Assembly: GCA_000146045.2 (NCBI GenBank)
Contig: BK006940.2
Coordinates: 192,001-256,000, forward strand
Direction: 5' to 3'
Length of the DNA: 64,000 nucleotides
Origin: TPA_inf: Saccharomyces
Taxonomy: Eukaryota
Positions 9,960 to 18,936 of this stretch are shown here, piece after piece. The notes beneath the pieces are model-generated. The model made no database searches. It worked only from the letters and a program-made list of their open reading frames with translations, and was not told where the DNA came from. How positions within the stretch are numbered: position 1 is the first letter of the stretch; each line of letters starts with the position of its first letter. Position numbers and translations under genes: made by a program.

Positions 9960-11433
9960 TTAAACTAGTTCAACGTAATTTGCTGGGAATATACCTTCTC
10001 TACCGTTGACTCTTCCGGTCCACCAGTCATTTTGAGAATCTGATTTTTTCAAAATTGTGATCACGTCACCCTTTCTGAATGGTAAATCTCCGGACTCTTC
10101 TCCTGCAAAGCTATATAATGCCACGGCCTTTGGAGAAGACGTGGATGGGGATGTTGGAGCAGTGAATCTGCCCTGACTAGTTTGCGGTGTTGAAGCGGAC
10201 GAGATTCTAGATTTAGAAAATCTGTTCGACAAGTCATCGACTTCACGGTCTTTTGTCCTATCTCTTCCATTCCCGCGTCTATACCCGGATTCATAATCAT
10301 CATCATAATCATCGTATTCATCATCAGCCCAACGATTTCTTGAAGAACGAGCCCTTGACTGAGCAGTTCCTGATCTTCTGTGGCTGGCATAATAACTTGA
10401 AGCTCCAGATGGGTCATCCAATTTACCACCACTACCGCCACTGTTGGTAGGAGCCAGTCTTGAATTCCTTGAATAGCCAGTACCATAATCATCATCGTCA
10501 TCATCATCGTCGAACGTATAACGAGAACCGCTTTGGGCTCTTCTCCTTGTGGATCTTGTGTTAGGTCTAGTGGAGGAAGCATCTGTAGAACTGAATGAAC
10601 TAGGAATGTCATTATAGTAATCGTCGTCGTCATAGTAATCGTCTTCGTCGTCATCGAAACTGCCACGACCACCGTTGGAGGGTCTGTAATTAAACGCCCT
10701 GGACTCTAAAACACGAAACAATGGATCAACTGCTGGAGGCGGTCTTATCCTACCAGACAAAATCATTTTCGCGGTACAATTGTCACCATAAAATTTTCTG
10801 TTAGCCTCTCTTCTTTCTATAATAGCCGAACCTTCCACAGAAACCCCTGCAAATAGACCTTTACTCTTAGAATAGGCAAAAACTGCAGCCACACCACCGG
10901 CGGAGGCTGATGCAGCTGCTTCTGCACTTCTACCAAGAGGCCCAGCAGAAACGGAGACGTTACCACCCAACGTGATGGTCCCAAATTCAGAAAACGACTT
11001 AACAGCATCCTGAGTATTTAAAATGAAAACAAAATCAGTCAATTCTATACCAACCATCCCACCGGCACCAGCACCTGCCATGGCAATGGCAGATGGAGCT
11101 GACCAAGTACCATCCTTTAATCTTGCGACAATCACACCAGAACCAGCTCTACCTGAAAATAGAAAACCTGCTTTTAAGATCGTTATGATAGCCAACCCTT
11201 TAGCTCTTTTCAAAACGTCTGGAGGAATGACTTGGTCCGCACCAAAAACTTGGTTTGGTTTGACAAAACTAGCCAAAATCTTCGCTGCTTTTCTTTATTA
11301 ATTGTTTATTACTAGTTAGTAAATGATGAACAAATTAAGGGAGAACTTTTTTAAAGGTTTCCCAGCCAAACCCGTATAAAACATACTTTGTCTCACTCTT
11401 TAAACTCCTTGGAATAGGATTGTTAATACCCAT
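9960..11433 (-). CDS. LSB3: Lsb3, an Ysc84-family actin-binding protein with a C-terminal SH3 domain, 459 aa. The gene is spliced: exon 1 is 11387..11433 (MGINNPIPRSLKSETK), the intron is 11293..11386, and exon 2 is 9960..11292.
   Basis: A minus-strand ATG at 11433 is followed by a GTATGT 5' splice site. A TACTAAC branchpoint is seen as gttagta on the plus strand near 11325. An AG acceptor lies at 11293-11294. The 94-nt intron fits the known size. The joined length is 1380 nt, giving 459 aa. An SH3 motif (ALYSFAGEESGDLPFRKGDVITIL...WWTG) is present. The track ORF's 'M' is really a TTG Leu codon. Confidence 0.88.
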
Positions 11434-11742
11434 TGCGTGTGATACAGCTTTTGTTTTTGATTTCTTTGCCACCCGTGATCCAAAGCCGTTCTAGATTTCT
11501 TCGATAGTTTATACTCTTTCATGTTGAACTTCCAGATGCGGCCGAGTCGGCGAGCAAACAGGGTGCTGCTACTAAACGAACAATAAAGAAAGACAATTTG
11601 GGCACCCAATATAAAATGAGCAGTCAATTCAATCAATTCAGTGTGAAATTTTTTTCTTGGAAAGATCATTCACTTCTACACAGCTGTACATGAGTTTATA
11701 TGACAGTTTTTTTTTATGTACATCCAGTTCAAGATAATCAGA

Positions 11743-12750
11743 TTATATATTGGCCCAAAAGGGATCATTAACGAATTGCGAAATGGGTAATCTCTTTACA
11801 GTTAACAGATTCTCTGGTGATTGGCTTTCCTCAAGGTAGCAAATATACTCTAATTGTAGCACGTCTACTATGTATTTCTTTACCTTGTCATAGCACACAC
11901 CCACTTGCGCCACGCCGTGTGCGTCATCACTTAGAACAAATCTGGATCCACAGTGCTTCTTGACCAGATTACATAAGGTTTTGCTGGGGTACGGCTCCTC
12001 GAGGCGCTTTCTTAATGCGGACGTATTGATTTCAATTGCGCCGCCATAGGAGTCTATAAATTGTAAATTTCTTACAACTGCATCGTATATTTCTGGCCAT
12101 TCACTGATGACGTCCAGTGAAGCTACAGGAACTCCGGTTTCTTCGTTGCAGTTGCCCGATTTCTGGTTTACTAGCATGTCATTGGGCAAAAATAATTTGT
12201 AAAGGTCGAAGTGACCCACGACCAACGGTTTAATATTGATCAGCATTTCGTACTGTGATTGGAAGTAAGACAGGAGAAAATGTTTCAAATTATCATTGAA
12301 GGAATGCAATGAATTGTACCATTGTTGTTGGTCGAAATCAATAGGGATCCCGTTGACGTGATGGACCGAACCCACACAAAACTTCAAAATATCATTATTC
12401 TCCTTCATGAGTCGCTTTGCATATTCGATATGAGCCATGTCACAACTTTCGATCTCCATTCCTATAATGAATTTAGTCCGCACATCGGGTCTATCAGCAT
12501 AACGAGTCTTGATTTCTTGCGCATGACTCATGAAATTCTTGAACGATGTTTCTAGCTTGGTTATGACTTCCTCAGGATTCTTGCCCAATGACTGCTCTTC
12601 GGGGTATATAAACTTGGCCTCAATTCTTGGTATGTGCTCTGTCAAACAGTACGTGTGAAAGTTGAGGTTGACCACTTGATCGACCACGGAATCCAAAGGG
12701 TCCGTACCGTGGGCACTATAGTCACCGGAGTGTGAATGGTGTGAGTGCAT
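11743..12750 (-). CDS. HIS2: Histidinol-phosphatase (PHP family), 335 aa
   Basis: 335-aa ORF with an MHSHHSHSGDY N-terminal His-rich PHP signature. Position matches YFR025C. Confidence 0.93.
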   Translation of the reverse strand: MHSHHSHSGDYSAHGTDPLDSVVDQVVNLNFHTYCLTEHIPRIEAKFIYPEEQSLGKNPEEVITKLETSFKNFMSHAQEIKTRYADRPDVRTKFIIGMEIESCDMAHIEYAKRLMKENNDILKFCVGSVHHVNGIPIDFDQQQWYNSLHSFNDNLKHFLLSYFQSQYEMLINIKPLVVGHFDLYKLFLPNDMLVNQKSGNCNEETGVPVASLDVISEWPEIYDAVVRNLQFIDSYGGAIEINTSALRKRLEEPYPSKTLCNLVKKHCGSRFVLSDDAHGVAQVGVCYDKVKKYIVDVLQLEYICYLEESQSPENLLTVKRLPISQFVNDPFWANI

Positions 12751-12923
12751 GACCTCGAGGATTTTTACTGAATTGTACGTATCAAGAAGTACTAAAATGT
12801 GTTTGAAAGGGAAAGATTGTACGGGAAATGGAAAATGTACATATAATATCCAGTATCATTTGAGTTGATAGAGATTATCTCTATAGATAGAGAGATTTGA
12901 CAAAAAAAATAAAAAAATTTAAA

Positions 12924-12996
12924 TGGACGAGTCCGGAATCGAACCGGAGACCTCTCCCATGCTAAGGGAGCGCGCTACCGACTACGCCACACGCCC
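12924..12996 (-). tRNA. tA(AGC)F: tRNA-Ala (anticodon AGC), 73 nt
   Basis: Reverse complement reads GGGCGTGTGGCGTAGTCGGTAGCGCGCTCCCTTAGCATGGGAGAGGTCTCCGGTTCGATTCCGGACTCGTCCA. It has a canonical cloverleaf with A and B boxes and an AGC anticodon. Confidence 0.9.
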
Positions 12997-13189
12997 GAAC
13001 GTTTGTTGAAATCTTCCAAACAGAAATGATACAGGTTTACTTTACAGCAAGACATTAGTAGTTTCATTAGCTTATCAACATGTATGAAACCGGCAAGATT
13101 GAAAGCTTGATTGCCCTTGACGAGCTACTCAAATGTGTAAATATCTGCACAATCAGTTTACACTCATGTTTCCGCGCTTTTACCCTCCA

Positions 13190-13525
13190 TCTAGATTAAA
13201 ATCTTATATGGATTATTTGGGATAAATAGCATTTAGTAAATCAAATTGATAAAAAAAAGAATAGCATTTAGGTATGCAGAATATACTAGAAGCTGTCCTC
13301 ACTGATCCTGAATCCAAAAAAGAGAATTCTACGTAATAATATTATCACCTCTTCCTCCATTTTATATGCTGTCATTCATTATCCTATTCCATTACCAATC
13401 CTTGCATTTCAGCCTCCATTAAATCCGATGGTTGTTTCTCAACTTTTATGCCATCTTCTTATACCCATATAATGATATATTAGTAGGAAGAAACACTAAT
13501 CGATAGATGATAATTATCATTTACC
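13190..13525 (-). mobile_element. Ty1/Ty2 delta solo LTR, about 335 bp, degenerate at its ends, lying about 200 bp upstream of tRNA-Ala
   Basis: Strong similarity to the reverse complement of the delta consensus. Examples are GGTATGCAGAATATACTAGAAG against GGTATACAGAATATACTAGAAG, and ATCAATCCTTGCATTTCAGCCTCCATTAAAT against ATCAATCCTTGCGTTTCAGCTTCCACTAAT. Boundaries are approximate. Confidence 0.5.
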
Positions 13526-13599
13526 TACGCATTCGTATTATCGTATTCGCAGCTAGAGGCCAGTGCAACCATATAGATATTGCTATTAACTTCATTGTA

Positions 13600-13735
13600 G
13601 CTAAAGCACCCTGGGTGTTAAGGAGAAACATCAATAAGAGAATAGTTTGTAGTATTCTGTGAAATTTTCGGTGACCATGGTCTTCAAGGAGAATTCTTTA
13701 GTATATTCTATGTATCTATAACTAATTTCCAAAAA
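13600..13735 (+). mobile_element. Partial delta LTR fragment (3' portion) abutting the 3' end of ULI1
   Basis: GGAGAATTCTTTAGTATATTCTATGTATCTATAACTAATTT resembles delta GGAGAACTTCTAGTATATTCTGTATACCTAATATT. Weaker similarity continues upstream. Confidence 0.35.
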
Positions 13736-13747
13736 ATGACATGTCAA

Positions 13748-14257
13748 TCACTTTCCAGAGCTATAAGATATATTCAGGTTTATCCCAAAAATATTTACAG
13801 AGAAATAACCCTTGCAAAACCTTTTGGTACACGAACAGGCCCCTTTAAAAGTTTCTTGGCAGTTTTTTTCGTCTTCCTTCTTTTCCGGCCATAGCATCGT
13901 TTGCGGATCGTTCAAACTCCTATTATCCGATGAGCTACCCAACTGCCCTCCCATTAGGTAGTGGTTATTAGGGCACTTATTGTCTCTTGTGGTGTTGTAG
14001 TAATGGTTAATATAATTTTCGAGCAAATAGAGTGCAACTTGCGGTTCGAGTTCAATAAGATTAATATCCCTCAATGACTCAGGAGGTCCATTCCAGGGAA
14101 TAGAAAGTAGTGCAGTTGCATACTGTTCATTAGTACCGTCTCCATTTTTGCCTCTGAGATTTGATGGCGGAAAAGCGACACATGAATTGTTGACCTGGAG
14201 TGCGCTCACTGTTACAATTAGTAAGGCCACGGTAATTGCTACTGCATAGGGCGTCAT
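13748..14257 (-). CDS. ULI1: Uli1, a small ER/secretory-pathway protein induced by the unfolded protein response, 169 aa from the first ATG. It has an N-terminal hydrophobic segment.
   Basis: The track ORF is 176 aa with a non-ATG start. The first Met (MTPYAVAITVALLIVTVSALQ...) gives 169 aa. Position between HIS2 and ECO1 matches YFR026C. Confidence 0.55.
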   Translation of the reverse strand: MTPYAVAITVALLIVTVSALQVNNSCVAFPPSNLRGKNGDGTNEQYATALLSIPWNGPPESLRDINLIELEPQVALYLLENYINHYYNTTRDNKCPNNHYLMGGQLGSSSDNRSLNDPQTMLWPEKKEDEKNCQETFKGACSCTKRFCKGYFSVNIFGINLNISYSSGK

Positions 14258-14779
14258 CACCTTTTCGAAATTTGACACTGCTAATTTGGCGCCAGTATAG
14301 AGTTTCTTTCTCTTGAATCCAATGAGATCATTATCCTAGTATAGAGCTTGTAAGTCCAAGCTGCACTTAAATATACAACGATCAGAAAAAACTCGTATAG
14401 TCTGTTGAAAATGCAACACGTATACCTCCGGAGAAGTATCTTTGGTTTTGATTTGCCGCGCAGCCTGTGTAAAATGGCGCACACAATCACGTTACTTGAA
14501 TCTCAGTTCAGAAGTTTCTTTCAACACAGCCAATTGCATTTAGTCTGCTATGCTTAATATTGTAGCTACTACGTGGCAAACATAGCTGCCCGAACTACTT
14601 TATGCGTACGTGTCCACAGCAATTTGTATAACGACTCAATCAAAATTCTCTCAAACACCTTCATGGGAATCTGTCGACAATGTAATCAGATCTCAGCCCA
14701 ATTGCCAGTATGTGTTCATATCTTATTCCGTGGCCGCCCCTCCAAAAAGCTTCAAAATACACTCACCAGGCTTACTTCT

Positions 14780-15146
14780 TGTTGGGAGAAGAACCGTTAT
14801 CGTTCACTTGATAATATTCCTACCAGTATGTTGTCCTATATGGAGTCATGAGCATACATGGTGCAAAATTATGGAATTAGCGCAATGAGTTTCAAACAGC
14901 AATTTGATCTTTTTATAAACACTGAAATGCCAGAATTGATAATGTAATAGGAAAAAAAAATGAAAAGATTCAAAACCGAAGATAAAATGAGATTATTTTT
15001 TTCTTTTATGTAGAAACATCGATTCGCTTCTGTGGGTTCCCATATCCTCGAGGAGAACTTCTAATATATTCTGTATAATTAATATTATAGCATTAACAAC
15101 GGTATAATCTCAGTCATTATCCCAAAATTCACCTATTTTCCCATCA
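14780..15146 (+). mobile_element. Diverged full-length delta solo LTR in the ULI1-ECO1 intergenic region
   Basis: Begins TGTTGGGAGAAG (delta starts TGTTGGAATAGA). The 3' half is highly similar to delta: CATATCCTCGAGGAGAACTTCTAATATATTCTGTATAATTAATATTATAGC and ...CCCAAAATTCACC. Confidence 0.55.
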
Positions 15147-15451
15147 TACCGATCTTTGCGAATACTTGAGCATGTAAATCAGAGATTCTATGTAACAGCT
15201 GCCCAGAAACCAGAAAACGTCTCTTAACCACTTCCATTGTTGGCATGTTGAAACCTCCTGCCGCCTTGATCATCCTTCGACTTAGGGAAGAATCTTAACA
15301 AATGAAATTTAACGTCAACGCGTAATAGAAAAAAAGCCTTTCGCGTACTGTAATCAGTAATAATACATAAGGAGATGCCAGCTACAACGGACATCAACAT
15401 ATATCTATGTTTACATATTAGGGTTCAACAGAATATAAATCGTTGCACAAA

Positions 15452-16297
15452 ATGAAAGCTAGGAAATCGCAGAGAAAAGCGGGCAGTAAACCAAATCTTA
15501 TCCAGTCTAAATTGCAAGTTAATAATGGTTCGAAATCGAATAAAATAGTCAAGTGTGATAAATGTGAGATGTCATATTCCTCGACATCAATAGAAGATCG
15601 CGCCATCCACGAGAAATACCACACTTTACAGCTGCATGGACGTAAATGGTCGCCGAATTGGGGTTCTATAGTATACACAGAGCGAAACCATTCAAGGACG
15701 GTGCATCTATCAAGATCGACAGGGACAATAACGCCATTGAACTCCTCACCTTTGAAAAAAAGTAGTCCGTCTATTACCCATCAGGAGGAGAAGATTGTAT
15801 ATGTGAGACCAGATAAGTCGAATGGTGAAGTCCGAGCCATGACGGAGATAATGACACTAGTGAATAACGAGCTGAATGCGCCACACGATGAGAATGTCAT
15901 TTGGAACAGTACCACAGAAGAAAAAGGCAAAGCGTTTGTATACATAAGAAATGACAGGGCGGTCGGAATAATAATTATAGAGAACCTTTATGGGGGCAAT
16001 GGTAAAACATCTAGTCGTGGACGTTGGATGGTTTATGATTCTAGAAGATTGGTACAGAATGTGTACCCCGATTTTAAGATTGGCATATCGAGAATTTGGG
16101 TGTGCAGGACAGCAAGGAAGTTGGGTATCGCAACCAAATTGATTGACGTTGCAAGAGAAAATATTGTTTACGGTGAAGTTATTCCTAGGTACCAGGTAGC
16201 ATGGTCGCAACCCACAGACAGCGGTGGAAAACTGGCTAGCAAATACAACGGCATTATGCATAAATCAGGCAAGTTACTATTGCCGGTATACATATGA
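15452..16297 (+). CDS. ECO1: Eco1/Ctf7, a cohesin acetyltransferase with an N-terminal C2H2 zinc finger and a C-terminal GNAT fold, 281 aa
   Basis: The track ORF starts at a TTG at 15443. The first ATG at 15452 (MKARKSQRKAG) gives 281 aa. A zinc finger (CDKCEMSY...HEKYH) is present. Confidence 0.88.
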   Translation: MKARKSQRKAGSKPNLIQSKLQVNNGSKSNKIVKCDKCEMSYSSTSIEDRAIHEKYHTLQLHGRKWSPNWGSIVYTERNHSRTVHLSRSTGTITPLNSSPLKKSSPSITHQEEKIVYVRPDKSNGEVRAMTEIMTLVNNELNAPHDENVIWNSTTEEKGKAFVYIRNDRAVGIIIIENLYGGNGKTSSRGRWMVYDSRRLVQNVYPDFKIGISRIWVCRTARKLGIATKLIDVARENIVYGEVIPRYQVAWSQPTDSGGKLASKYNGIMHKSGKLLLPVYI

Positions 16298-16412
16298 CTC
16301 TTTCGAAAAGACAGCGAGAAGGGACACTGGAAAAATGGCATAAAACTTTTCAAGGTTATTATTAGTAAGTTTTTTTATTATATGATATATATATATATAA
16401 AAATGAAATAAA

Positions 16413-18068
16413 TTATTTCTTGATGGAGCCACTTATTTTTCTTATACCACCGGCGGCGCTTGTAGTCCTTCTCCCTGACGTTACTCTCCTATTCTTGGGC
16501 AATAGTTGTCTTAGTATGGTATCATCTGCGGCATTATTGATGTTCGTTGCGCTGGGTTCGTTATCTTCCATTCGGGACGATGAAGCAGAGGAGATATCAT
16601 TTTTCTTGCGCGAAACTTTGGGATAATGATTACTTGTGCCGTTGGTATCCTGCATGGATTCGTCATCTGAGTTGTTGCTTTCTATTACTACCTTCCTATT
16701 CGCATGGGAAGTTGGATTACGATTATTGTTGATATCTTCTATAGTATTAGAACCGTTTTGGCCCTTTCTCGGCTGACCAGGCGAAGTCTGTGGGACGGCT
16801 GAGCTCTTGAATGAATTACTTCCATTATTCGCCGTAGAAGGTTGGCTCGAATTTCTGGCACTAAGCGCCCCATGACCGTTGGATGGCGGCGTCATGGTTA
16901 AATCTCTTAATTCACCTTCAATGTTATTTTGCGCAACCCTCTTGTCGTCTTTAAGTTTCTTTTTTTGTAAGCGGTATTCTTCTAAACTTATTAAGGGATA
17001 TAAGCCGCCAATGGCCTCACTAGGCTTCAAAGAAATTCTGGTTGTGTACTTCCATTCTCTAAAATCATTCTGGTGTAAATATAACCAATGCTGTTGAGGG
17101 CCAACGACCATTCCCGGCCTTATAAACCTTAAGAAGCCAATACACTCGTTAGCGGTAAATCCATACGTGTATATTAAGTGAGCACCAATTAAACAACCAG
17201 TTCTACCTAGCCCAGCCTTACAGTGCACAGCAATTTTACCTCCCCTTTTAATTATCGTTTCAGCAGCACCAACAAAGTTTTTTACAATGGAAAGATCAGG
17301 ACATGTACCATCTTCGAAAATTAGATCCAAATGTTGAATGCCAATGTCTTCAAAATGCTTTTTATTATATAAATGAGAATTCAACCTTACCACTAATTGG
17401 ACGTTATTGTTGGCGAAAAAATTCAGAACTGACTTAAACGGCTGGTTCAAATGTGAAGATTTGGTAGCGAGATAGCCCTTTGGATGGTCCTCTTGTGGTG
17501 ACGCAAATGCAATAAAATCTGGGGTGAGTACATTGAAGTCTCCAAACTCCACGTGTTCGTATTTCTCGTAACTCTCCAAATTGAAGGAATGCAAATCAAT
17601 AAGGCCTTTTTCCTTAGCCCTCCAAACGCCATAAACCACATCTTGAATTGTGATTTCGAAATCCGCATTAGAATAACCGGCATCTCTAAATGGCATGAAG
17701 GGAGGGTCTACTTGCGCCAACGGCTGAAGCACTTGATGCGGAGTCCATGCCTGAACGAGGATCATATAACAGCAAAGCATACATGCGGCGTTAGCACGTT
17801 GTCTGGTCGATGCAGATGAATAGAAAACAACGGCTTTATTGGCATTTTCTGGGTCATTCAAGATTTCATGGAAAATAACGGCAAAACGATATAGATGTCC
17901 AATGTTCATGGGACCGAAATCCAAATGGAAACTGTTGTAAAAGATTGCGTCCTCCACGGTAAAAAACACCAGCTCATCAGTATCTTCCGGCGTGTAATCA
18001 TATGCACCGAGATATACTCTGCCTCGCAGGAACTCGATCGTGTTGTCGAGGTATACACTCCTACGCAT
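16413..18068 (-). CDS. CDC14: Cdc14, a dual-specificity protein phosphatase that acts in mitotic exit, 551 aa
   Basis: 551-aa ORF with the catalytic HCKAGLGRTG P-loop. Confidence 0.93.
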   Translation of the reverse strand: MRRSVYLDNTIEFLRGRVYLGAYDYTPEDTDELVFFTVEDAIFYNSFHLDFGPMNIGHLYRFAVIFHEILNDPENANKAVVFYSSASTRQRANAACMLCCYMILVQAWTPHQVLQPLAQVDPPFMPFRDAGYSNADFEITIQDVVYGVWRAKEKGLIDLHSFNLESYEKYEHVEFGDFNVLTPDFIAFASPQEDHPKGYLATKSSHLNQPFKSVLNFFANNNVQLVVRLNSHLYNKKHFEDIGIQHLDLIFEDGTCPDLSIVKNFVGAAETIIKRGGKIAVHCKAGLGRTGCLIGAHLIYTYGFTANECIGFLRFIRPGMVVGPQQHWLYLHQNDFREWKYTTRISLKPSEAIGGLYPLISLEEYRLQKKKLKDDKRVAQNNIEGELRDLTMTPPSNGHGALSARNSSQPSTANNGSNSFKSSAVPQTSPGQPRKGQNGSNTIEDINNNRNPTSHANRKVVIESNNSDDESMQDTNGTSNHYPKVSRKKNDISSASSSRMEDNEPSATNINNAADDTILRQLLPKNRRVTSGRRTTSAAGGIRKISGSIKK

Positions 18069-18343
18069 TTTTTTTTTTTTTTTATAAGCGTACTTTGTAG
18101 TCCCAGCCTCTGTGCAATTGTTTCGTATTATACCTCGAACGAATCGGAAATATTTGGTACATTATTGTTTCAATTTCAATTTGTTTACCTTTGAACCAAG
18201 TGAAGAAAAACTTATGGTGCTAAAAGTACATTCCCCGTTGAAAGTGATACAGCTTTCTTGATTGACACAATAGCAATGGCCTTCAAATGCATATCTCTAC
18301 TATCGGCTAAAAAACGAATGACTCACGTTATCAGGCTCATAGC

Positions 18344-18344
<1 letters not shown>

Positions 18345-18406
<62 letters not shown>
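18345..18406. repeat. (TG)31 dinucleotide microsatellite
   Basis: Uninterrupted tgtg... run seen directly in the sequence. It sits between the CDC14 5' region and tRNA-Tyr. Confidence 0.95.
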
Positions 18407-18407
<1 letters not shown>

Positions 18408-18618
18408 TTGTTGTTCTAGTCGCTTGCTTTATAAAGTAACGACACTTTCTGGTGCCAATATGTGAAAACGCATTACAGAAAAAAACAGTTGTATTCTACT
18501 AAAAACACATCAGTAGTCACAGAAGTCACAGAAGTCACGTATATAAGCTAGTGGCAATCATAACTAACACAGGTGTATTAATGAAAAAATAAAGCCAAAA
18601 AAATTTCAGAAAAAAATA

Positions 18619-18707
18619 TCTCCCGGGGGCGAGTCGAACGCCCGATCTCAAGATTTCGTAGTGGTAAATTACAGTCTTGCGCCTTAAACCAACTTGGCTA
18701 CCGAGAG
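18619..18707 (-). tRNA. tY(GUA)F1: tRNA-Tyr (anticodon GUA) with a 14-nt intron
   Basis: Reverse complement reads CTCTCGGTAGCCAAGTTGGTTTAAGGCGCAAGACTGTAA[intron]...GATCGGGCGTTCGACTCGCCCCCGGGAGA. This matches yeast tRNA-Tyr including the anticodon-adjacent intron. Confidence 0.9.
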
Positions 18708-18936
18708 TCGTTTTTGTTGATTACTTTGCTATATAAAGATTCCTTTATCATTATTTCATGAGGCGCACTTTTGATTTTCACACCTTTTTCAAGCGGAGGA
18801 GTTATTCGTCTTATTAACATTACCATTACAGTAGTCATCAATGATTACCTTATCAGCACTGAAAAGATACCCGTAAAATTTAGCACACGCACACTCACAC
18901 ATACATAGGTACGAAATACACAACTGATAGGCGTTC

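Noticed and set aside
10061-10672. 203-aa ORF antisense to LSB3 (MT/TM-rich), and similar long antisense ORFs inside SMC2 (25246..25644), QCR6 (32546..32836, poly-Ser), RSC8 (35451..36101; 35518..35856), SAP155 (45023..45244) and BNA6 (52321..52713)
   Set aside because: They lie antisense to strongly supported conserved genes. Their composition is the mirror image of codon repeats on the sense strand (poly-Ser opposite poly-Asp/Glu; Ile-rich opposite Asn/Asp). They show no independent coding features.
14573-14888. Two overlapping 92-aa plus-strand ORFs between ULI1 and ECO1
   Set aside because: They overlap the 5' part of the diverged delta LTR and AT-rich intergenic sequence. They have no coding signal and are likely spurious.
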